This document shows positions 28,429 through 36,930 of a stretch of 64,000 nucleotides of DNA, in pieces. Made by a program: the position numbers and the translations under genes. The notes below the pieces were generated by a model. It did not search any database. It was not told the DNA's origin and saw nothing but the letters and a program-made list of their open reading frames with translations. This DNA is from Pseudomonadota bacterium (lineage in GTDB: Bacteria > Pseudomonadota > Gammaproteobacteria > Burkholderiales > Thiobacillaceae). Positions within the stretch are counted from its first letter, which is position 1. Each line of letters begins with the position of its first letter. The DNA is taken from positions 4,707 to 68,706 of the forward strand of contig JBFLXA010000012.1 in NCBI GenBank assembly GCA_040757575.1, written 5' to 3'.

Positions 28429-29175
28429 ATGTCACAAACCAGCCGTATCGAGTGGACTGAAGCGACCTGGAACCCGACCGTGGGTTGCAGCAAGATTTCC
28501 GCTGGCTGTAAGCACTGCTATGCGGAGGCCATGGCCAAGCGGCTCAAGGCCATGGGAACGCCCGGCTACGAGAACGGTTTCCAGCTGACACTCTTGCCGA
28601 ACAGATTGTCGGAACCGATCAATCGAAAAAAACCCGCCGTCTATTTTGTTAACTCAATGTCGGACCTTTTCCATAAGAAGGTTAGCGACACCTACATCGA
28701 ACAGGTCTTCGATGTCATTGAGCGTTGCCCTCAACATACTTTCCAGATACTCACCAAACGTGCGGAGCGGCTGGTCTCGTATTTCAGGCCTCGTACCGTG
28801 CCATCCAATGCATGGATTGGCGTGACAGTTGAAGACAAATTGAGTGGCCTAGCGCGAATCGATTGCCTAAGGAAAGTGGAAGCGCGCATACGCTTCCTAT
28901 CGATTGAGCCGCTACTAGAAGATCTGGGCAAGCTAAATCTTGACGGCATCCACTGGGTAATCGTGGGAGGGGAATCAGGGCCGAAGGCCAGGCCGATGAA
29001 GGTCGAATGGGTGGAAAATATCCGCCAGCAATGCGAAGCACAGAAAGTGCAGTTCTTTTTCAAACAATGGGGAGGGTGGGGGGCCGATGGCAAGCGGCGC
29101 TCCAAGAAAGCCAATGGACGGCTACTCGCAGGCCGTACTTGGGATGACATGCCCGCAGTATCCGCCTTGCCTTGA
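28429..29175 (+). CDS. DUF5131 / phage Gp37-Gp68 family protein (three-Cys motif)
   Basis: Family hallmarks IEWTEATWNPTVGCSKISAGCKHCYAE (C-x6-C-x2-C), FVNSMSDLFH, FQILTKR, FLSIEPLL, WVIVGGESG and FFFKQWGG. Confidence 0.9.
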   Translation: MSQTSRIEWTEATWNPTVGCSKISAGCKHCYAEAMAKRLKAMGTPGYENGFQLTLLPNRLSEPINRKKPAVYFVNSMSDLFHKKVSDTYIEQVFDVIERCPQHTFQILTKRAERLVSYFRPRTVPSNAWIGVTVEDKLSGLARIDCLRKVEARIRFLSIEPLLEDLGKLNLDGIHWVIVGGESGPKARPMKVEWVENIRQQCEAQKVQFFFKQWGGWGADGKRRSKKANGRLLAGRTWDDMPAVSALP

Positions 29176-29183
29176 AGGAAGTT

Positions 29184-30455
29184 ATGTCTCGCAAGCCATA
29201 CAACTGGAAAAATGGGCCCGATCTCATACAACCGCATAGTATTGCCAAACACCGGATACTGCAGTCGTATCTGGCCGCGTATTTCCAGACCTTGGTCAGC
29301 TCGCCCAATCAGGATGTTCTTCGACTCACACTTGTGGATGGTTTCGCCGGTGGTGGTCAATACGTCCACAGCGATACCGGTGAACTCGTCAAGGGTTCCC
29401 CCTTCATCTTTCTCGATGCTACCCGCGAGGCGGATTTTCTGATCAACCAGGGGCGCAGGAAGCCCGTTGACCTGAAGGTTGACTATTTTTTCATCGAAGC
29501 CGATCGTTATGCTCACGCGCATCTCGACAAGGTGTTGCGGGAAGAAGGACATGGCGGTCATATCGGAAACAACATCCAGCTCCGCCATGCCAAATTTCAG
29601 GACGAAGCTGACGACATCATCGATTTCATTAAACGGAAAAGCCCAAAAAATGGCCGGTCGATCTTCGCACTGGATCAATATGGTTACAAAGACATACCGG
29701 CTCCACTGGTCCGAAAGATCTTTGCCCAATTACCAAGCGCCGAAGTCATCCTGACTTTCGGCGTCGACTCATTCCTGAATTTCGCCGGCGTAGGCGAACT
29801 CACGCAGTCGTTGCTTGATGAAATCGGCATACCGGACATCCTGCAAGGCCGCTCTATCGATGAGATCAAAAACTCCGAAAAAGACTGGCGTCTGTTCATA
29901 CAAAGCGGACTTTACCGCTCATTGGTAAATCGATGTGGTGCCAAGTACTACACGCCCTTTTTCATCCGGAACAAGAAAGGGCATGGCGATTACTGGCTTA
30001 TCCACCTTTCGCAGCATCACCGGGCACGCGACGTCATGACCGAGGTGCACTGGAATAACAACAATTACTTTATCCACTATGGTGGTCCAGGGTTGGAGAT
30101 GTTCCAGATGGTCGGCTACGACCCGGATCATGACGATGAACGCAAGGGCCAAACCTGTTTGGGGTTCGAGTTCGACGATGTCGCCCGCAAAGCCAGCATT
30201 GCCGCTTTGAATGAACAGATACCCCGCCTTGTTTATGCCAATGCTGAAGGCCTCAGCTTTGGTGAGTTGTTTGCCACGACCTGCAATGAGTCGCCAGCTT
30301 CGGCGATTATTTATCGGGACTCCTTGGGGCAACAGCTTGAGGGGAGAGTGGTTGAGATCATCAGTCCGGAGGGGGTGAAACGCCGTTCGGCCCAGCAAAT
30401 AAAATCGAGCGATCAAATTATTGCGCCGCCCCAGCGGTCACTATTTTTCCCATGA
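29184..30455 (+). CDS. tcmP: three-Cys-motif partner protein TcmP-like
   Basis: N-terminal HSIAKHRILQSYLAAYF...LTLVDGFAGGGQY matches my memory of the TcmP family. Position immediately after a DUF5131 gene is the defining context. AAGGA RBS; the alternative TTG at 29172 overlaps the upstream stop. Confidence 0.75.
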   Translation: MSRKPYNWKNGPDLIQPHSIAKHRILQSYLAAYFQTLVSSPNQDVLRLTLVDGFAGGGQYVHSDTGELVKGSPFIFLDATREADFLINQGRRKPVDLKVDYFFIEADRYAHAHLDKVLREEGHGGHIGNNIQLRHAKFQDEADDIIDFIKRKSPKNGRSIFALDQYGYKDIPAPLVRKIFAQLPSAEVILTFGVDSFLNFAGVGELTQSLLDEIGIPDILQGRSIDEIKNSEKDWRLFIQSGLYRSLVNRCGAKYYTPFFIRNKKGHGDYWLIHLSQHHRARDVMTEVHWNNNNYFIHYGGPGLEMFQMVGYDPDHDDERKGQTCLGFEFDDVARKASIAALNEQIPRLVYANAEGLSFGELFATTCNESPASAIIYRDSLGQQLEGRVVEIISPEGVKRRSAQQIKSSDQIIAPPQRSLFFP

Positions 30456-32134
30456 AAAACAAGCAAAAACTCGAACTCACCTGGATCGGCAAGGAGAACC
30501 GGCCCCGGCTTGAGCCGCGCATTTTGCTGGAAGACCCGGGGCGGAGTTATCACGCCGGGCATCGGGTGAGTGATGCGGACATCTTCGACAACCGGCTGAT
30601 CTTCGGCGACAACCTGCTGGCCTTGAAGGCGCTGGAGGCGGAGTTCGCGGGGCGGGTGAAGTGCGTGTTCATCGACCCGCCCTACAACACCGGCAGCGCC
30701 TTCACCCATTACGACGATGGGGTGGAGCATTCCCTGTGGCTGTCCCTGATGCGCGACCGGCTGGAGGTCATCCGGCGGTTGTTGTCGGAGGATGGGTCGC
30801 TGTGGGTCACCATCGACGACAACGAATGCCATTACCTCAAGGTGTTGTGCGATGAGGTGTTTGGGCGGGCGAATTTCGTAGCGAATGTGGTTTGGCAGAA
30901 AAAATATGCCGTAGCCAATGATCACAAGACAATTGCCCCAATGCACGACCATCTACTGGTCTATCGGAAAACAGATAGTTGGCAGAGGAATTTGATTCCT
31001 CGCACCGAGGAGAAAGATCGCCAGTACAAATTCGAGGATGAAAAAGGGGTTTTTCGGAACAGTGACTACACCTGTAGCAAGTCATTTGAGGAGCGTCCGA
31101 ATCTCTACTACCCAATTATTCAACCGAATACAGGTGAAGAGATTTGGCCCAGCAAGACACGTGTTTGGGCTTATTCCAGAGACGAACACCTACGGCATGT
31201 CGCAGAGGGATTCATCTACTGGGGCAAGGATGGACTTGGTAAGACGCCCTCATTTAAGCGATACAAACACTTGCTGCGCAATCAAGGCGTGGTACCGCAA
31301 ACGCTTTGGTCTCACGAATATGCCAGCCACACGGATGCCGCGAGAAAAGAAGTGCGTGCAGTACTGGGGAGCTTGTCTCTTGCAGATGATTTCATTACTC
31401 CAAAGCCAGAGGGCTTGATACAGCGTGTACTCGAAATCGCCACCAACCCCGGCGACCTCGTCCTCGACTCCTTCGCCGGTTCCGGTACCACCGGCGCGGT
31501 GGCCCACAAGATGGGCCGGCGCTGGATCATGGTGGAGCTGGGCGAGCACTGCCACACCCATATCATCCCGCGCCTGAAGAAGGTCATTGACGGCGCGGAC
31601 CCCGGCGGCATCACCGAGGCCGTCGGCTGGAAGGGCGGCGGCGGTTTCCGCTATTACCGGCTGGCGCCTTCGCTGCTGGAAAAGGACAAGTGGGGCAACT
31701 GGGTCATCCACCGGGACTACAACGCCGCCATGCTGGCCGAGGCGCTGTGCAAGCTGGAAGGCTTCACCTATGCGCCTTCCGACGCGGTGTATTGGCAGCA
31801 CGGCCATTCCACCGAGCGGGATTTCCTCTACGTCACCACCGCCACTTTGTCCCACGAACAGTTGCAGCAGCTGGCCGACGAGGTGGGGCCGGAGCGTACG
31901 CTGCTGGTGCTGTGCCCGGCCTTCCGCAGCAGGGGCGATTTCGCCAACCTGACGGTGAAGAAGATTCCGAAGCAGGTGCTGTCCCGTTGCGAGTGGGGAC
32001 ATGACGATTATTCCTTGCGAGTGGAGAACTTGCCGGCGGCGCCGGAGCCCTCTCCCCCGGCCCCTCCCCCGCTTGCGGGGGAGGGGAGACAGACTGCCGC
32101 CCAACAGAACCTGTTCGACGGGGAACCATCATGA
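30452..32134 (+). CDS. mod: Type III restriction-modification DNA methyltransferase (Mod, N6-A/N4-C beta class)
   Basis: Motif IV FIDPPYNTG precedes motif I LDSFAGSGTTGAVA, with a variable central region between them. The start overlaps the tcmP stop (ATGA). The last ~30 codons are REP-derived. Confidence 0.9.
   Translation: MKNKQKLELTWIGKENRPRLEPRILLEDPGRSYHAGHRVSDADIFDNRLIFGDNLLALKALEAEFAGRVKCVFIDPPYNTGSAFTHYDDGVEHSLWLSLMRDRLEVIRRLLSEDGSLWVTIDDNECHYLKVLCDEVFGRANFVANVVWQKKYAVANDHKTIAPMHDHLLVYRKTDSWQRNLIPRTEEKDRQYKFEDEKGVFRNSDYTCSKSFEERPNLYYPIIQPNTGEEIWPSKTRVWAYSRDEHLRHVAEGFIYWGKDGLGKTPSFKRYKHLLRNQGVVPQTLWSHEYASHTDAARKEVRAVLGSLSLADDFITPKPEGLIQRVLEIATNPGDLVLDSFAGSGTTGAVAHKMGRRWIMVELGEHCHTHIIPRLKKVIDGADPGGITEAVGWKGGGGFRYYRLAPSLLEKDKWGNWVIHRDYNAAMLAEALCKLEGFTYAPSDAVYWQHGHSTERDFLYVTTATLSHEQLQQLADEVGPERTLLVLCPAFRSRGDFANLTVKKIPKQVLSRCEWGHDDYSLRVENLPAAPEPSPPAPPPLAGEGRQTAAQQNLFDGEPS
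32048..32088. repeat. REP-like element, family A, lying inside the 3' end of mod
   Basis: CCCTCTCCCCCGGCCCCTCCCCCGCTTGCGGGGGAGGGGAG. It is translated in frame as PSPPAPPPLAGEG. Confidence 0.8.
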
Positions 32135-33216
32135 GCGGCAAGGGGCGTACCCCGCCGCCGGCACAGACTGCCGGCGCACTGAACGGCGGCGAATTTCTGC
32201 TGTACCAGACCGAGGATGCCCAGACCCGCGTGCAGTTGCGGGTGTCCGAGGGCACCGTCTGGATGACCCAGAAGCAGCTCGCCGAGCTGTATCAGGTGAG
32301 CGTGCCGGCCATTGCCCAGCACATCCGCAATATCTACTCGGAGCGGGAGCTGGCCCCGGAGGCAACTGTTAAAGATTACTTAATAGTTGCCCCGGAAGCC
32401 GCGCGGACAGTGGAACGGCGCATCGCCCACTACCGGCTGGAGATGGTGCTGGCCATCGGCTACCGGGTGCGTTCCCATCGCGGCACCCAGTTCCGCCGCT
32501 GGGCGACGGAGCAGCTCAAGAGCTATCTGGTGAAGGGCTTCGTGCTGGACGACGAGCGCTTCAAACGCGGGGACGACACCTATTTCGACGAGTTGCTGGC
32601 CCGCATCCGGGACATCCGCTCCTCGGAGAAGGTGTTCTGGAAGAAGGTGCTGGATATCTATGCCACCAGCATCGATTACGACCCCTCGGCGGAAGCCTCG
32701 CAACGCTTCTTCGCCACGGTGCAGAACAAGATGCACTGGGCGGCCCATGGCCATACGGCGGCGGAATTGGTTGTACTGCGCGCGGATGCGCATGCGCCCA
32801 ACATGGGCATGACCAATTGGCCCGGCGCAGCCAAAGGAGGTGCGATCCGCAAGGCGGATGCCGGTGTGGCCAAGAACTATCTCAACGAAGCGGAACTGGA
32901 GACGCTGAACCGGATCGTGAACGCCTACCTGGAATTCGCCGAGTTGCAGGCCCAGGCCCGGCGGGAAATGACCATGGCCACCTGGATTGGCAAGCTGGAC
33001 GACTTCCTGCGTCTATCGGACCGGGAGGTGTTGACCCATGCCGGCAAGATCACGGCGGAACTGGCGCAGGCCAAGGCGGAGGCGGAATTTCGGGTTTTCC
33101 AGCAGCGCCAGCTCGCCGCTCCTAGCAGGGTGGAACAGGATTTCGAGGCAGCCATCGAGGTGGAGGTGAAGCTGTTGGAGAAAACCACCAAGAAGAACAA
33201 GGGGAAAAAGGGATGA
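32131..33216 (+). CDS. RhuM-family protein (COG3943) inserted between mod and res
   Basis: Characteristic blocks VWMTQKQLAELYQVS, AIGYRVRSHRGTQFRRWATEQLK, DYFDELLARIRDIRSSEK and KMHWAAHGHTAAEL. ATGA overlaps on both sides. Confidence 0.85.
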   Translation: MSGKGRTPPPAQTAGALNGGEFLLYQTEDAQTRVQLRVSEGTVWMTQKQLAELYQVSVPAIAQHIRNIYSERELAPEATVKDYLIVAPEAARTVERRIAHYRLEMVLAIGYRVRSHRGTQFRRWATEQLKSYLVKGFVLDDERFKRGDDTYFDELLARIRDIRSSEKVFWKKVLDIYATSIDYDPSAEASQRFFATVQNKMHWAAHGHTAAELVVLRADAHAPNMGMTNWPGAAKGGAIRKADAGVAKNYLNEAELETLNRIVNAYLEFAELQAQARREMTMATWIGKLDDFLRLSDREVLTHAGKITAELAQAKAEAEFRVFQQRQLAAPSRVEQDFEAAIEVEVKLLEKTTKKNKGKKG

Positions 33217-35903
33217 ACCGCCACGTCAACGCCATCGCCGGCCGCCTGAGCCTGCGCCATCCGCAACGCCGCTCGCTGGAAATCCTGGACCGCATCACCG
33301 AGATCGCCCCGCCAAGCAAGGACGTGGACCTGGCGGCGGTGCTGGAGACCATCAAGAGCGAGTTTCCGTCGGTGACGGACTTCGAGCGGGAGTTTCCGTC
33401 CCTATGCTTTGCCCTGGCCACAGGGGTGGGCAAAACACGCCTCATGGGTGCCTTCATCAGTTATCTGCATCTGGCCCACGGCATCAACAACTTCTTTGTG
33501 CTGGCGCCCAACCTGACCATCTACAACAAGCTGATTGCCGATTTCAGCGACCGCAACCATCCCAAGTATGTGTTCCGGGGCATCGCCGAGTTCGCCATCG
33601 ACGCGCCGTCGATCATCACCGGCGACAACTACGACCAGCGCGATCCCATGAGCGGCACGCTGTTCGGCGGGGTGAGGATCAACATCTTCAACATCTCCAA
33701 GATCAATTCGGAAGTGCGCGGCGGCAAGTCGCCCCGCATCAAGCGGCTGTCGGAATACATCGGCGAGAGCTATTTCGACTATCTGGCTGGCTTGCCGGAT
33801 CTGGTCATGCTGATGGATGAATCGCATCGCTATCGAGCCAGTGCCGGCATTCGCGCCATCAACGAATTGAAGCCGATCCTGGGGCTGGAGCTGACGGCCA
33901 CGCCCTTCGTGGAGACCACGCGGGGTGCTACGGCCTTCAAGAACGTGATTGTTGACTACCCCCTGGGCCGGGCAATGGCCGATGGCTTCGTCAAGGAACC
34001 GGCGGTGGTGACGCGGAAGAATTTCAACCCGGCGGGCATGTCGGTGGAGGAGATCGAGCGGCTGAAACTGGAAGACGGTGTGCGTCTGCATGAGTCCGTG
34101 AAGGTGGAGCTGGAGACCTATGCCCGCGAGAGCGAGAACCCGATCGTCAAGCCGTTCCTGCTGGTGATTGCCCGTGATACCACCCACGCCGGGCAACTGA
34201 CCGAGCTGATCAAGTCCGACAAATTCTTTGAGGGGCGCTATCGGGACAAGGTCATCCAGGTGGATTCGAGCAAGACCGGCGCGGAAGAAGAGGAGATGAT
34301 CGGCCGACTGCTCAAGGTGGAGCACACCGACGAGCCGACGGAGATCGTGATTCACGTCAACATGCTCAAGGAGGGCTGGGACGTGACCAATCTCTACACC
34401 ATCGTGCCGCTGCGTGCCGCCAATGCCCGCATCCTCATCGAGCAATCCATCGGGCGCGGTCTGCGCCTGCCCTATGGCAAGCGCACCGGCGTCATGGCAG
34501 TGGACCGGCTGAATATCGTTGCCCACGACAAATTCCAGGAGATCATCTCCGAGGCCAACAAGCCGGATTCGGCGATTCACTTGCAGGCCGTGGTGCTGGA
34601 CTCAGAAGACCTGGGCCAGAAGACCGCCACGGTGGTGTCGCAATCTCAATTGGCCTCGAAGCTGGGGCTGAAACCCGCCCAGGTGACCAGCAACACGGTG
34701 GTGGCGGGTGGCGAAACTGTGCCGGTTTTCACCAAGCCCGAAGAGCAGAAGGTGGCCCAGATCACCTTTGATGTCATCCGCAAGCTGGAAAACCAGCCGC
34801 AGACGCTGCCTACCGTCGAATACCTGAAGAAGCCGGAGATACAGGCCGCCATCATCAAGGCTGTAGAAGAACAGCACCAGCCGGCGCAGTTGGAACTGGA
34901 AGGGGTGGCGGAGAAGCCTGACATTGCTGCCGTGGTGGCGAAGACGGTGGAACTGGTCACGCAACAGACCATCGATATCCCGCGCATTCTGGTGGTGCCC
35001 AAAGGTGAGGTGAAATCAGGCTTCAAACCGTTCACCCTGGACCTGACCACGCTGAAATATCCGGCAGTATCCGATGAGCTTTGGATTCAGCACCTGCGCA
35101 CGAATCAGCTTGAAGTTGTTGCCCTCGGCCGGGGCGGCATCGAGGAAGCCCGGCTGGAAGATTATGTGGTCAGCGGTCTGGTGGACTTCGACGACATTTC
35201 CTACGACCACCACTCCGACTTGCTCTATGACTTGGCAACGCAGACCGTGGCGCACTTCCGGACCTATCTTGCCGAAGACGACGCGCGCAAGGTGTTGCGA
35301 TGCTACCAGCGCGACATCGCCCGTTTTATCCACGCCCAGATGCAGGCCCATTACTGGGAGGATGTGGCCGGCTACGAGGTGAAGATCAACAAGGGCTTCA
35401 CCGAGCTGAAGCAGAGTGCCTACACCTATTCGGTACAGGAACCGCCCGCCAGTTACCGGGTGGAACCGGCGGACAAAAGCAACATGGCGAAGTACCTCTT
35501 CGGCGGCTTCGAGAAATGCCTGTACCCAGTGCAGAAGTTCGATTCGGACTCCGAACGCAAACTGGCGGTGATTCTGGAGCGGGACGCCCTCAAGTGGTTC
35601 AAGCCTGCGAAGGGACAGTTCCAGATTTATTACCGGGATGGGGCAGATCATCGGGAATATCAGCCGGATTTCATTGCCGAGACGACCGACGCAATTTATA
35701 TGCTGGAACCCAAGAAGCGCACGGAGCTGGATGACCCCATTGTTCAGGCCAAGAAGGAGGTGGCTGTGCAGTGGTGCGCGAATGCTTCAGATCATGCGGC
35801 GAGTTACAGCGGCAAGCCGTGGCGCTATGTGCTGATTCCCCATGATGAGATTGCTGAGAACATGACGCTTGAGGGCGTGGCGGCGCGGTTTGGTTGCACT
35901 TGA
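33213..35903 (+). CDS. res: Type III restriction endonuclease Res subunit (SF2 helicase + PD-ExK nuclease)
   Basis: Helicase motifs LATGVGKT, LMDESHRY, LELTATPF and EGWDVTN...QSIGRGLR. C-terminal nuclease motif YQPDF-x12-EPKK. Confidence 0.9.
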   Translation: MNRHVNAIAGRLSLRHPQRRSLEILDRITEIAPPSKDVDLAAVLETIKSEFPSVTDFEREFPSLCFALATGVGKTRLMGAFISYLHLAHGINNFFVLAPNLTIYNKLIADFSDRNHPKYVFRGIAEFAIDAPSIITGDNYDQRDPMSGTLFGGVRINIFNISKINSEVRGGKSPRIKRLSEYIGESYFDYLAGLPDLVMLMDESHRYRASAGIRAINELKPILGLELTATPFVETTRGATAFKNVIVDYPLGRAMADGFVKEPAVVTRKNFNPAGMSVEEIERLKLEDGVRLHESVKVELETYARESENPIVKPFLLVIARDTTHAGQLTELIKSDKFFEGRYRDKVIQVDSSKTGAEEEEMIGRLLKVEHTDEPTEIVIHVNMLKEGWDVTNLYTIVPLRAANARILIEQSIGRGLRLPYGKRTGVMAVDRLNIVAHDKFQEIISEANKPDSAIHLQAVVLDSEDLGQKTATVVSQSQLASKLGLKPAQVTSNTVVAGGETVPVFTKPEEQKVAQITFDVIRKLENQPQTLPTVEYLKKPEIQAAIIKAVEEQHQPAQLELEGVAEKPDIAAVVAKTVELVTQQTIDIPRILVVPKGEVKSGFKPFTLDLTTLKYPAVSDELWIQHLRTNQLEVVALGRGGIEEARLEDYVVSGLVDFDDISYDHHSDLLYDLATQTVAHFRTYLAEDDARKVLRCYQRDIARFIHAQMQAHYWEDVAGYEVKINKGFTELKQSAYTYSVQEPPASYRVEPADKSNMAKYLFGGFEKCLYPVQKFDSDSERKLAVILERDALKWFKPAKGQFQIYYRDGADHREYQPDFIAETTDAIYMLEPKKRTELDDPIVQAKKEVAVQWCANASDHAASYSGKPWRYVLIPHDEIAENMTLEGVAARFGCT

Positions 35904-36221
35904 TAAATCGTCTGCGCTGATCATAGTTTGTGGCCGAAAGACTGCTAAGCGATGTATTGCAGGCCAATTCAGACCGTAGACTCAAGGTCGGCAACGGCCG
36001 ATGAGCACTCAGTGGACTGGCGTCCCAAGGGACCACTGCTCACAGATACTTGCCATTGGAGCCCCGAGAACCGTTTTTCCGTAACGAGGTGACTGCGCCT
36101 GAGCGACTCCGATGGAACAGTCATTCACTTGGACATCGACTTGTCTGTCCCGGGTCAAGTGCAATGTGATTCATGGTCGGGTGATGCGCGATCCAGCAGT
36201 CACGTGGGCCGGTAACCCGCA

Positions 36222-36905
36222 TCAGTCTCCGCCACAGCCCCCGCCGCCGTCGCTACCTCCCCCGTCGCTGTCGCCAAAACCATCGGTGCCGCCATCTGGA
36301 TCGGTGCTGGAGAAATCCCCGCCGCAGTAAGGGCTGCCTGACCCACCCCCGGTGTTGTCCCTGTCCAGGGCCTTGCAGTCCGGCACGTAGTGAAACCCGT
36401 CGGTAATGCCCAGCTTGGCGTCTATGGCAAACAACAGGGGCAGGCGGGCGGGGTTGCGGGGATCGATGTCCTCTTCCTTGCAGGCGTGCCACCAGACCCG
36501 GCGCAGGCCCGCGTTGGTCTGGCGGTTGGCGCTCAGCACCACGGCCGGGGTGTGGTGCAGAAATCGACCGAAGGCTTGTTTGCAGAAGGCATCGTAGTGA
36601 CGGGTGTAGAGGATGAACTCATGCCACAGGTCGTCCACCACCTGGGAAGGCATGGATACCGGCTCCAGCCGGCCGTTCAGATAGGCCAGGAAAAACTTGC
36701 GCAGGGCCCGCATCACCAGATAACGATCCTTCTCCGCCAGGCCGGGGCGTCGGGCGGCCAGCTTGTCCAGCAAGCCCGGTGGAAACCTGTAGGTGCGGAT
36801 GAACTGGGCCTGGGCCAGCCGCCGCCAGCGGTGCCATAGCGCCAGACTGATGCCCAGGGTGGCCAGAAACAGGACGAAGAACAGGGGGGCGAGGGCGGCG
36901 CTCAT
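36222..36905 (-). CDS. membrane-anchored protein with Gly/Asp/Cys-rich C-terminal tail
   Basis: One N-terminal TM helix, a conserved-looking core (DDLWHEFILYTRHYDAFC) and the tail GGGSGSPYCGGD...GGGSDGGGGCGGD. It occupies the position just downstream of draT. Confidence 0.6.
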   Translation of the reverse strand: MSAALAPLFFVLFLATLGISLALWHRWRRLAQAQFIRTYRFPPGLLDKLAARRPGLAEKDRYLVMRALRKFFLAYLNGRLEPVSMPSQVVDDLWHEFILYTRHYDAFCKQAFGRFLHHTPAVVLSANRQTNAGLRRVWWHACKEEDIDPRNPARLPLLFAIDAKLGITDGFHYVPDCKALDRDNTGGGSGSPYCGGDFSSTDPDGGTDGFGDSDGGGSDGGGGCGGD

Positions 36906-36930
36906 GGGGTTGGGGTCTCAGGTTGTCGCG

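Noticed and set aside
22950-36220. Annotating the defence island as a mobile element
   Set aside because: No integrase, transposase, conjugation gene, tRNA target or terminal repeats could be found. Only compositional mosaicism and gene content support horizontal origin, so it is reported as a finding rather than a mobile_element feature.
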